Shown here in pieces: positions 20,075-29,006 of a stretch of 63,128 nucleotides of DNA (within the stretch, counting starts at the first letter, position 1; each line of letters begins with the position of its first letter). The notes beneath the pieces are model-generated. The model had not been told where the DNA came from. It saw nothing but the letters and a program-made list of their open reading frames with translations, and did no database searches. A program made the position numbers and the translations under genes. The stretch lies in the NCBI GenBank assembly GCA_964458305.1, contig CAYWIH010000008.1, forward strand, positions 1 through 63,128. The letters run 5' to 3'. This DNA is from an uncultured bacterium. GTDB taxonomy: Bacteria > Cyanobacteriota > Cyanobacteriia > Cyanobacteriales > JASJDA01.

Positions 20075-21034
20075 TTATTTATTGCGATCGGTTTCGGCTA
20101 TTTTCATAACTTCAGTTAAATTTGGGCAATAAGTTTCTAAGTTAAAAGTAGCTGGATTGACTGGATCTTGATAAGTAAAATGGCGATAATCGAGGCTAAA
20201 TCGACTCCAATCGTCCATTTGAATGCGAAAAACATTAATAAAAAAGTTCGCCAACCAAATCGATAACCGAATGCGAAAATAGATTTTTTTATTGAGATAA
20301 TTACAAATTTCTTCTACTGCTCGATCGACCGTAATTGCAGCATTACCTAATACTATTTTTGTAATTTCATTTGCGGATGAATGTTCGGGAGGATGTTCGA
20401 TTAAATATAATATTACTAAAGCAATATCTCGGGCGTGGATAAAATGAAAACTACCGTCAGCTTTTAACCAGCGAATTAAATCGATCCATTTAACTACTTC
20501 TGGCAAACCTCCAGAAATATGAGAGAGGGGTTTGTTTTTATCTCCTCCCAGCACTAAAGTCGGAAAAACTACTGTGATTTTTGGGGCTATATTTAATTTA
20601 GATAATTCCTCGAAACATTCGTATTTAGTGCTAATGTAGTCCGTGCCGTATTTGCTGGCTTCTGGTAATAATTGATTTTGGCGATCGAGAATGCTAGCAG
20701 TAGAAAAATAGATTATTTGTTGACAAACTTGAGGGGAAAGTAACTCGATTAATTCGATGGTTTTATTAATATTAATTTCTCGCGATTCTGCTTCTCCACC
20801 CCAAGCAGTGGCGGCTAAAATTGCCGTGTCAATAGTTTGCAATAAATCTTTATGTCGGGCGATATCCCGGAGATCTCCGGTGAGGATATTAACTCGATCG
20901 CAATTTTGAAGATTGATTTTTAATCGATCGGGATTTCTAAGTAAAAGAAATAATTCGTGTTCGGTCGATTCGATTAAGGCTTCTGTTAGGTAATGACCGA
21001 TACAACCGCTAGCACCCGTTAAAAAAATTCGCAT
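20075..21034 (-). CDS. NAD-dependent epimerase/dehydratase (extended SDR)
   Basis: MRIFLTGASGCIG Rossmann motif, YFSTASIL and YxxxK (YISTK). Confidence 0.88.
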   Translation of the reverse strand: MRIFLTGASGCIGHYLTEALIESTEHELFLLLRNPDRLKINLQNCDRVNILTGDLRDIARHKDLLQTIDTAILAATAWGGEAESREININKTIELIELLSPQVCQQIIYFSTASILDRQNQLLPEASKYGTDYISTKYECFEELSKLNIAPKITVVFPTLVLGGDKNKPLSHISGGLPEVVKWIDLIRWLKADGSFHFIHARDIALVILYLIEHPPEHSSANEITKIVLGNAAITVDRAVEEICNYLNKKIYFRIRLSIWLANFFINVFRIQMDDWSRFSLDYRHFTYQDPVNPATFNLETYCPNLTEVMKIAETDRNK

Positions 21035-21083
21035 TGCATTATTTATTAAATGTTAGAGGAGAAAGTAGAAAGTCGATCGCGAT

Positions 21084-21117
21084 AAAAAAATACAAGGCGA
21101 TCGGTACACCTTGTATT
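21084..21117 (-). terminator. Intrinsic terminator downstream of the large surface-protein gene
   Basis: AATACAAGG/CCTTGTATT stem with a plus-strand A-run that is a U-run on the minus strand. Confidence 0.6.
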
Positions 21118-21177
21118 GTTACTTAGACTTATTTACTGAGAAAAAAAACTTACAAAGTCTTTTTAATCTAGCAGTTC

Positions 21178-21273
21178 TTAAGCAAGAGAAGTAAATACAG
21201 ATAGCGAGCCAAAAGCAATCACATCCGATCTGCCGTCACCGTTAAGATCTGCTAGTTCGCTAAAAGGCTTGGC
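21178..21273 (-). other. Cryptic in-frame FG-GAP/VCBS-like repeat after the TAG stop of the surface protein
   Basis: Translating on past the TAG gives AKPFSELADLNGDGRSDVIAFGSLSVFTSLA followed by TAA. Confidence 0.75.
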
Positions 21274-24200
21274 CTAAATTGGTCGTCCTTCGTTAAATCC
21301 AAACTCAATATAGTGGATCGTTGCAGCATTTAAATCATTGCCAAAAGCCGCTTGCAGATCTGGATTATTACTCAAGTAAGAATTAGGATTGAAACTGTCT
21401 GTCGCTCTTCCTTCGTTAAATCCAAACTGAATGTAGTGTATGTTTGCGTCATTTAATATTACATCCAATCTTTGATTGCCAAAAACTGGAATTAAATCTG
21501 TGTTAGACGCAAGGTATCGAGCTTCATCAAAAAGGTCTAAAGGCCTTCCTTCGGTGAATCCCGATTCAATATACTGTTGAGTCGCATTGTTTAAAGCAAT
21601 GTCTATTGGCTGAACATTATTGCCGAAAGCAGAGATTAAGTCTGGATAGGAAGCAAGATATGCAGTTTCGTTAAATATATCTAAGGGTCTTCCTTCATTT
21701 ATTCCAAATTGATTGTACTGAACTTCTGCTGCTTCTAAAGCTCCATCGAAAGGAAGACCACCAAAAGCTTGAATTAAATCATCATTAGAAGCAAGATATT
21801 GAACGAGATCGATTCTACCTTCATTAAATCCCGATTCAATATACTGTTGAGTTGCTGCATTTAAATTATTGCCGAATGCAGCAGCTAAATCGGGGTAACT
21901 AGTTAAGTACGAACTTGGATTAAAAGTGGTTACAGGTCTTCCTTCATTAAATCCAAACTGAATAAAGTGTTGAGTTGCCGCACTTAAAGCTTCATCGAAA
22001 GGAAGATTTCCAAAAGCTTGAATTAAGTCAGGATTAGACGCAAGATATTTAGCTTCATCAAATCTATCTGTTGGTCTTTGTTCGTTAAATCCAAATTGAA
22101 TAAATTGCTCGTTGGCAGAATTTATTGCTTCATCGAAAGGAAGACCACCAAAAGCCAAAATTAAATCTGCATTCGAAGCAAGATACTGTGCTGGATCTAT
22201 TGGAGGAATCGTTCTAAATTCAAACGCGCCAATATCGACTGTATTGTTAGAAATCCGATCGAATCCTGTGCTTCTTTGATCCGTAATTACTCCATCGAGA
22301 ATACCAGCGTTATTTCCGGCATCGATCGCGAGAGATCCGGGGAGTAAAGCTTGAGTGAAGGTAGCTCCGCCATTATCTTGTAGGGGCCCTAATAAAGGAT
22401 CTAATGGATTTACTGCCGATCCGACGATATCGCCGTTAACTCCGTTTGTAAACGCACCGAAGGTAGTATCGCCGTTGCCGATTAAGTTGTTGCCGTTAGA
22501 GATAAATTCACCTATGCCAACAATATCGTTAGCGTCAGCATTTGCGGCAATAATACTGTTAGCTACAAAAGTAACGCTGCTTTTCTCACCATAAACGCCG
22601 CCGCCTCTGAAGCCAGCAGAATTATCGGAAATGGTGCTGTTAACTACCGATAGGAAACTGGAATATTCGTTATAAATACCGCCACCTTTTGAATTGGCAG
22701 AATTACCGGAAACAGTGCTGTTAACTACAAAAGTAATACTGTTATACTCGCTGTAAATACCGCCGCCTTCACTAGCGGAGTTGCCAGAAATCGTACTGTT
22801 CAGTATTAATACGTTACTTTCGTCGCTGTAAATACCGCCGCCTTCTTGATTAGACGAATTATCGGCGATCGTACTGTCAACTACAACAAGAGTACTATTA
22901 TAGTCGCTGTAAATACCGCCGCCTTCACTATTAGCCGAGTTGCCGGAAATGCTGCTGTTATTTACAGTTAAAGTACTAAAATAACCACTGTAAATACCGC
23001 CGCCTTCTTGATTAGCAGAATTGCCGGAAATGATACTGTTATTTACAGTTATACTACTGTACTCACCACTGTAAATACCGCCGCCTTCTTGATTAGCAGA
23101 ATTATTCCCGATCGTGCTGTTATTGACCGAGATATTGCTGTAATTCTGGCCGAAAATACCGCCGCCATCTTGATTAGCAGAATTATCCGCGATCGTGCTG
23201 TTATTTATCGAGATATTGCTGTAACTATCGCCGTAAATACCACCGCCATCTTGATTAGCAGAATTATCCGCGATCGTGCTGTTATTTACAGTTACGCTAC
23301 TATAATCGTAAGAGTAAATACCGCCGCCTCGAGTGGTGGCTGAGTTGCCGGAAATGGTGCTGTTGCTAATAGTTAAATCTTCAGCATTATAAATAGCACC
23401 ACCAATAGAAGAACTTCCGCCAGTGATAGTCAATCCGTCGATAGTGACGTTGCTAAAAGTATTATAATCACTATCGTCAATATTAAAGACGCGGCTAGAT
23501 CCTCCAGCATCTACTATTATGCCGAGGTTAGCACCATCAATAACAACGCTTTTATCAACTAATAATTGACCGTAAGTAGCGTTGAGGCTAATTGTACTCG
23601 TACCCGGGCTGACGATCGAGGAGTCGAAAGTAATCGTTCCACCTTCAGCAATAACATCTAAAGCATCGCGTAAAGAAACTTCACCAGTTGCAATGCCATC
23701 GTTTTCGTCGATTAAAGTATCGACAACTAAAGATGTCGGTCTAAGTTCAAACGCACCAATATCAACCGCACTATCAACAATGCGATCGAAGGTTGTTCCT
23801 CTTTGATCGTTTGTTAAACCGCCAGCTAAACTGTCAGCACCAGCATCTACCGCTGAAGAATTAGGATCTAATGCTTGAGTAAAAGTAGGCCCGCCATTAT
23901 CTTGTAGCGGCCCGAGTAAAGGATCTTCTGGTGTTGCTGCCGTACCGACAATATCGCCAGCAGTTCCATCTACAAATACTGTTTGACCGTCGCCATTGCC
24001 AATTAAGTTATTGCCATCGGTAATAAAAGTACCAACACCATCGAGGTCATTGTTATTAACGTTTGCCGCAATAATACTGTTACCGATAGATATGGTACTA
24101 GTGTATGTAGTTGTATTACCATCAGTGTAATAACCACTGTAAACAGCAGCACCAGTGCCGGATGAATTCCCCGATATAGTGCTGTTGGTTACCGATATAA

Positions 24201-25191
24201 TATTATTGCCGTAATTGCCGCCAACAATAGCACCATCATCAGTAGCAGTATTTCCCGATATAGTGCTGTTGGTTATGGTTGTAGTGCTATCAAAGTTATA
24301 AATAGCACCGCCACTAGAGTTAGAAGAATTTCCCGATATAGTACTATTCTCTACGGATAAAATACCATATTGATTGTCAATAGCACCCCCGTTACCGGAA
24401 CTAGCGATATTATCCGCTATAGTGGTGCTATCTACAGCTAAGCTACCAGTAGCAATATCAACAGCACCGCCCGAAGCTGCAATATTATTCGATATACTGC
24501 TATAAGCTACGTATCCAGCACCACTACCTTGATAAATAGCACCAGCTCGATCGACAGCCGAATTACCTGATATATCGCTGTTATATACAGATAAAGTACC
24601 GTTAACGTAAATAGCACCGCCTCGATCGTTAGCTGTGTTGCCAGAAATAGTGCTATTTATAACTGCTAAAGATTGATTGGTTTGAACACCACCACCATAT
24701 TCAGCAACGTTATTAATAACATCACTGTTATATAGCGCGATCGTACCGCCCGAGATACCACCACCGTAGCCGCCACCAAGAGTATCAGCAGTAGCTAAGT
24801 TACCAGAAATAGTGCTGTTGCTAATATTTAAGTTTTCAGCATTAAAAATACCGCCACCATTACCACCAGAGAAACTTCCTCCAGTAATAGTTAATCCTTC
24901 AATAGTTACATTGCTAACATTAGCAGTATTGCCGTCATTAATATTAAAAACGCGGCTATTGCCTTGCGCGTCTACAGTAATGTTAGCATCAGTACCATCA
25001 ATAATTAGGTTTTTATCGATCGATAATTCACCTAACATCATATCGAGGTTAATAGTGCCATTAAAAATAGCAGTATCAAAAGTAATCGTGTCGCCAGCAA
25101 CACTTTGTGCTAAAGCTTCACGTAAAGAAGTACTGCCATTAGAAATAGCATCATTTTCGTCTGTTAAGGTGTTAACAGTAATAATAGCCAT
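21274..25191 (-). CDS. Large repetitive surface/secreted protein: two CSLREA-like + right-handed beta-helix + choice-of-anchor-Q-like modules, then 7 C-terminal YLASNxDL...FGFNEGR repeats
   Basis: SLREAL and SLRDAL, many GGGIY/NSTISGNSA repeats, two DPLLGPLQDNGGxTFTQAL...DIGAFE blocks; no obvious Sec signal peptide. Confidence 0.88.
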   Translation of the reverse strand: MAIITVNTLTDENDAISNGSTSLREALAQSVAGDTITFDTAIFNGTINLDMMLGELSIDKNLIIDGTDANITVDAQGNSRVFNINDGNTANVSNVTIEGLTITGGSFSGGNGGGIFNAENLNISNSTISGNLATADTLGGGYGGGISGGTIALYNSDVINNVAEYGGGVQTNQSLAVINSTISGNTANDRGGAIYVNGTLSVYNSDISGNSAVDRAGAIYQGSGAGYVAYSSISNNIAASGGAVDIATGSLAVDSTTIADNIASSGNGGAIDNQYGILSVENSTISGNSSNSSGGAIYNFDSTTTITNSTISGNTATDDGAIVGGNYGNNIISVTNSTISGNSSGTGAAVYSGYYTDGNTTTYTSTISIGNSIIAANVNNNDLDGVGTFITDGNNLIGNGDGQTVFVDGTAGDIVGTAATPEDPLLGPLQDNGGPTFTQALDPNSSAVDAGADSLAGGLTNDQRGTTFDRIVDSAVDIGAFELRPTSLVVDTLIDENDGIATGEVSLRDALDVIAEGGTITFDSSIVSPGTSTISLNATYGQLLVDKSVVIDGANLGIIVDAGGSSRVFNIDDSDYNTFSNVTIDGLTITGGSSSIGGAIYNAEDLTISNSTISGNSATTRGGGIYSYDYSSVTVNNSTIADNSANQDGGGIYGDSYSNISINNSTIADNSANQDGGGIFGQNYSNISVNNSTIGNNSANQEGGGIYSGEYSSITVNNSIISGNSANQEGGGIYSGYFSTLTVNNSSISGNSANSEGGGIYSDYNSTLVVVDSTIADNSSNQEGGGIYSDESNVLILNSTISGNSASEGGGIYSEYNSITFVVNSTVSGNSANSKGGGIYNEYSSFLSVVNSTISDNSAGFRGGGVYGEKSSVTFVANSIIAANADANDIVGIGEFISNGNNLIGNGDTTFGAFTNGVNGDIVGSAVNPLDPLLGPLQDNGGATFTQALLPGSLAIDAGNNAGILDGVITDQRSTGFDRISNNTVDIGAFEFRTIPPIDPAQYLASNADLILAFGGLPFDEAINSANEQFIQFGFNEQRPTDRFDEAKYLASNPDLIQAFGNLPFDEALSAATQHFIQFGFNEGRPVTTFNPSSYLTSYPDLAAAFGNNLNAATQQYIESGFNEGRIDLVQYLASNDDLIQAFGGLPFDGALEAAEVQYNQFGINEGRPLDIFNETAYLASYPDLISAFGNNVQPIDIALNNATQQYIESGFTEGRPLDLFDEARYLASNTDLIPVFGNQRLDVILNDANIHYIQFGFNEGRATDSFNPNSYLSNNPDLQAAFGNDLNAATIHYIEFGFNEGRPI
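22600..23350. repeat. Intragenic array of about 81-bp (27-aa) near-identical repeats
   Basis: CCGCCATCTTGATTAGCAGAATTATCCGCGATCGTGCTG recurs at 23162 and 23243; protein unit NNSTIADNSANQDGGGIYGDSYSNISI. Confidence 0.85.
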
Positions 25192-25552
25192 ATTCGATTT
25201 TTTGTAATTATTTGCGAGCTAGTTTGTCACCAAAATATTAAAGCTTTTTTTCCCTAAAAGCAACAAATGAAGTGTCTTTATCAAACTAGGTTATTTCAAG
25301 TATTATTTAACACTAAAAAAAGCGAAAAATAAGAATTTAAAACGTATTATTCTAGACATTGACAAAGAAAATAAGTAATATTATCATTTTTTTATTCGAC
25401 AGTTAATTAAAAAATAAACAATAAAAATAGTATTATAAATGACTTCAAAAACCTTAAAATTTTGCTATTCAAATTGCGATATAGTTAACAATAACCCCCT
25501 TTATAAAACAATATAAAAATTAAAAGTTTCAAAAAAACCACTCAAAAAAGCA

Positions 25553-28500
25553 ATGAATCAAACTAAAAACGATCCTAATGCCCCGTTAAACAGCATACAT
25601 ACAAATACTTTTCCCAATCTTTTAAAACAAACAGGAATATCTTTAGTAGTTTCGACATATCAAGCCGGTAAATTAATCGTAGTTAGGGCCGATCGAGATA
25701 AGCTTAATACCCATTTTCGAGTATTTAATAAACCGATGGGTTTGGCGGCAACCAGAGAAAAAATAGCATTAGGTACGGCAGCAAAAATTATCGAGTTTCG
25801 TAACGTACCAGCTACCGGACAAAAATTAAATCCGCCGGGGCTTCACGATGCCTGTTTTTTACCTCGAAATATCCACATCACCGGAGATATTGACATTCAT
25901 GAAATGACCTGGGTAGAAGACGATTTATGGTTTATAAATACTCGTTTTAGCTGTCTTTGTACTTTAGATAATAAGTATAGTTTCGTACCTCGTTGGCGGC
26001 CGCCTTTTATCAGTCAATATGACTTGCGCGATCGCTGTCATTTAAACGGTTTGGCGGCAAAAGATGGTAAGCCTAAATATGTCACTGCATTAGGTAATAC
26101 CGATACTCCAGCCGGATGGCGAGCTAATAAAGCGTCGGGCGGTATTTTAATGGATATCGACACTAACGAGTTTATTTTAACTGGCTTGTCGATGCCCCAC
26201 TCTCCTCGTTGGTATCGCGATAAGTTATGGGTATTAGAGTCGGGTAAAGGAAGTTTGTCGGTAGTAGATACGGAAAAAGGAGAAACGACTACAGTTACCC
26301 AGTTACCCGGTTTTACTAGAGGTTTAGATTTTTGGGGGGATTTCGCTTTTATTGGCTTATCTCAAGTCAGAGAAACTGCTGTTTTTAGCGGCATTCCTTT
26401 AACCAAAACTCAAACAGAAAGAATTTGCGGCGTTTGGGTAGTTAATATCGTTTCCGGCGAAACTGTCGCCTTTTTGCGCTTTACCGAAGCAATTCAAGAA
26501 ATATTTGCTGTTTCCGTATTGCCGGGAATTCGCTTTCCTGAAATAGTAGATTATAACGATGGTTTGTTAGCTAATTCTTATGTTTTACCAAACGAAGCTT
26601 TAGCCGAAGTAGTTCAGCCTTCACAAGATTGGGAATTCGCACAAACTCACCTCGATCGCGGCAATAAATTATACGGAAAAGGCTCTTTAGAAGAGGCAAT
26701 AAAATCCTATCGTCGCTGTTTGGAAATACAAGCTGATTTTCTGCCAGCCAGATACAATTTGGGAGTAACTTTAGGGGATCTCGATCGCTTTGAAGAAGCC
26801 ATTATCGAACTGAATCAAGTTATCGATGCCGAAGCTTCCCATGCCGATGCTTATAACAGTTTGGGTTACGTTTATAGCCAGTTAGATCGCTTAGATGATG
26901 CGATCGATCGCTACGAAAAAGCTATTAAAATTCGTCCCAAATTCCCTAAAGCGCATCACAATTTAGGAATGATCTTATTGAAAAAAGGCGAATTTAAACG
27001 GGGTTGGCAAGAATGCGAGTGGCGTTGGCAAACCGATACTTTTACTCCTTTAAAATGTCCGCATCCGCGTTGGCAAGGTGAAGAAATTGATGGAACTTTA
27101 TTAATACATACCGAACAAGGTGCGGGGGATGCAATTCAATTTAGTCGCTTCATTCCTCTTGCTGCTAAAAGATGTAAAAAAGTTATTGTCGTTTGCACTG
27201 CTAATTTAAAACCTTTATTCGCAAATATACCGGAAATTGCTGAAATTTACGAAGCTGGAGAAATTTCTGAAAAAGCATTCGATACTTACATCGCGATCAT
27301 GAGTTTACCTCTGGTTCTCGATATCGATTTAAATAACCTTCCCGCCGAAGTTCCTTACCTTAAAACTACCAAAAAGTCAAGATACGATTTTCCAGCTGGG
27401 GAGACTAACATCGGTATAGTTTGGGCCGGAAGTCCGACATTCGGTAACGATCGCTTTAGATCTTGTCATCTAAAAGATTTTCTCCCCATACTACAAGTTC
27501 CCAATATTAATTTTTACAGCCTGCAAAAGGGCGAGAAAAGCAAACAACTAGAATCTTTACCAGAAGAGATAAATATTACCGATTTAAGCGATTATATCGA
27601 AGATTATGGCGATACCGCAGCAATTATCGATCGATTAGATCTAGTCATTAGCGTCGATACTTCTGTAGCCCATTTAACTGGTGCTTTAGGGAAACCGATC
27701 TGGACTCTTTTAGGATACAATGCTGACTGGCGTTGGTTGTTAAACAGAAACGACTCCCCTTGGTATCCTACCATGCGCTTGTTCCGGCAGAAAAAACACC
27801 GAGAGTGGCCCGAAGTATTTGAGAGGGTAATTGCAGAATTAGAAAAATCTTTCAGCGATCGCCCTAATATTGTCAAAAAACAGCGTCGAATAGTCAAAAT
27901 ACAAAATAAACCAGCAGTAGACTCTTTTGCTGTTATCGTCCCAGCTTACAACGTGATTAGCAACCAGGGAGAAGAAGTATTATTAAATACCCTCAATAGT
28001 ATCGATCGCAGCATAGCAGTTTTTCAAAAAGAATATCCCAATGCTAATAAAGTGGGGATAGAAGTTATTTTAGTCGATGACGGATCTTCGGATACTACTC
28101 CAGAAGTATTAGAAAGAGAAGCAAAAAATAGGCAGTTTTTTAGGTCAGTAAACCATTCAACTAATAAAGGTCAATCTGCGGCAAGAAATACTGGGGTAAA
28201 AGAATCGAATGGTGGAGCGATCTTTTTCTGCGATGCTGATGATTTATACTTAAAAAATCACATCTTACAATCTTTTGCTATCCTCAATCAAACTGCACCA
28301 CCAAAAGCAAAAGAAACCGTCTCTAATTTTAACGGCTATCCAGCAGCAGTCAAAACTAAAATTAAATTCGCAGATTCGATCCATCCCGAATGGAAAAAAA
28401 GAGTAGAATTCGTCCATACTCTTAATTTATGTTTGCGAAGAGAAGCCCACGAATTCATTCAAGGTTTTCCCGAAGATAATGCTTTTCGCGAATGCAGTTA

Positions 28501-28747
28501 TAGTAACGAAGATTGGGCTTATTCTGTTTGGTTGCATCAGTTTTTCCAAATATTATTAATTAACAAAGAAACTGTGGAATACATTCGCTACCCCGGCAAT
28601 CATTTAGACAGACAATTATTGAGATTTCAGCAAGCACCAGGACAATATCAAGAAGCAATTACCGAAAGCGATCGCCAACTATTAGTAGAAATAGAATCGA
28701 TTATCAAAAAGCGATCGAACCTGCTCAAAACTATGGTAAATTGTTAG
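25553..28747 (+). CDS. TIGR03032/DUF4915 domain + TPR repeats + GT-B (GT9-like) domain + GT2 domain fusion protein
   Basis: STYQAGKL, TGDIDIHEM, DRCHLNGLA and LSMPHSPRW (TIGR03032); TPRs such as AYNSLG; EQGAGDAIQFSRF, LDLVISVDTSVAHLTGALG and DSPWYPTMRLFRQ; VILVDDGSSD, SAARNTG and FCDADD. Confidence 0.88.
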   Translation: MNQTKNDPNAPLNSIHTNTFPNLLKQTGISLVVSTYQAGKLIVVRADRDKLNTHFRVFNKPMGLAATREKIALGTAAKIIEFRNVPATGQKLNPPGLHDACFLPRNIHITGDIDIHEMTWVEDDLWFINTRFSCLCTLDNKYSFVPRWRPPFISQYDLRDRCHLNGLAAKDGKPKYVTALGNTDTPAGWRANKASGGILMDIDTNEFILTGLSMPHSPRWYRDKLWVLESGKGSLSVVDTEKGETTTVTQLPGFTRGLDFWGDFAFIGLSQVRETAVFSGIPLTKTQTERICGVWVVNIVSGETVAFLRFTEAIQEIFAVSVLPGIRFPEIVDYNDGLLANSYVLPNEALAEVVQPSQDWEFAQTHLDRGNKLYGKGSLEEAIKSYRRCLEIQADFLPARYNLGVTLGDLDRFEEAIIELNQVIDAEASHADAYNSLGYVYSQLDRLDDAIDRYEKAIKIRPKFPKAHHNLGMILLKKGEFKRGWQECEWRWQTDTFTPLKCPHPRWQGEEIDGTLLIHTEQGAGDAIQFSRFIPLAAKRCKKVIVVCTANLKPLFANIPEIAEIYEAGEISEKAFDTYIAIMSLPLVLDIDLNNLPAEVPYLKTTKKSRYDFPAGETNIGIVWAGSPTFGNDRFRSCHLKDFLPILQVPNINFYSLQKGEKSKQLESLPEEINITDLSDYIEDYGDTAAIIDRLDLVISVDTSVAHLTGALGKPIWTLLGYNADWRWLLNRNDSPWYPTMRLFRQKKHREWPEVFERVIAELEKSFSDRPNIVKKQRRIVKIQNKPAVDSFAVIVPAYNVISNQGEEVLLNTLNSIDRSIAVFQKEYPNANKVGIEVILVDDGSSDTTPEVLEREAKNRQFFRSVNHSTNKGQSAARNTGVKESNGGAIFFCDADDLYLKNHILQSFAILNQTAPPKAKETVSNFNGYPAAVKTKIKFADSIHPEWKKRVEFVHTLNLCLRREAHEFIQGFPEDNAFRECSYSNEDWAYSVWLHQFFQILLINKETVEYIRYPGNHLDRQLLRFQQAPGQYQEAITESDRQLLVEIESIIKKRSNLLKTMVNC

Positions 28748-28936
28748 CTATTTATAAAATAGGAAAAAGATTTATTTTTTGAGTAAAGAGAATAAAGGCG
28801 ATCGAGAGCTGATTTTTGATATTCTCAACACCAAAACTCTTTACTCGTTACTCATACCAATTCTCAAGGGTTAGCTAGATAGATAAACAATTTATTTAGT
28901 AATTACGATCGATCTTTGAATAGATTGTTATTTCTG

Positions 28937-28963
28937 TACCGACGTACCATCCTACGTCCCTAC
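28937..28963. repeat. GTAG-type REP-like palindromic repeat, copy 2
   Basis: GTACCGACGTACCATCCTACGTCCCTAC, similar to 107-135. Confidence 0.6.
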
Positions 28964-29003
28964 TTCTGACTTCTGACTTTTGACTCCTGACTTCTGACTT
29001 CTA
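28962..29003. repeat. Heptamer tandem repeat (ACTTCTG)x6, STRR-like
   Basis: acttctg acttctg acttttg actcctg acttctg acttcta, ending just before the GT9 ATG. Confidence 0.85.
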
Positions 29004-29006
29004 ACT

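Noticed and set aside
22355-25207. Several plus-strand ORFs inside the surface-protein gene
   Set aside because: Antisense shadows produced by repetitive codon usage.
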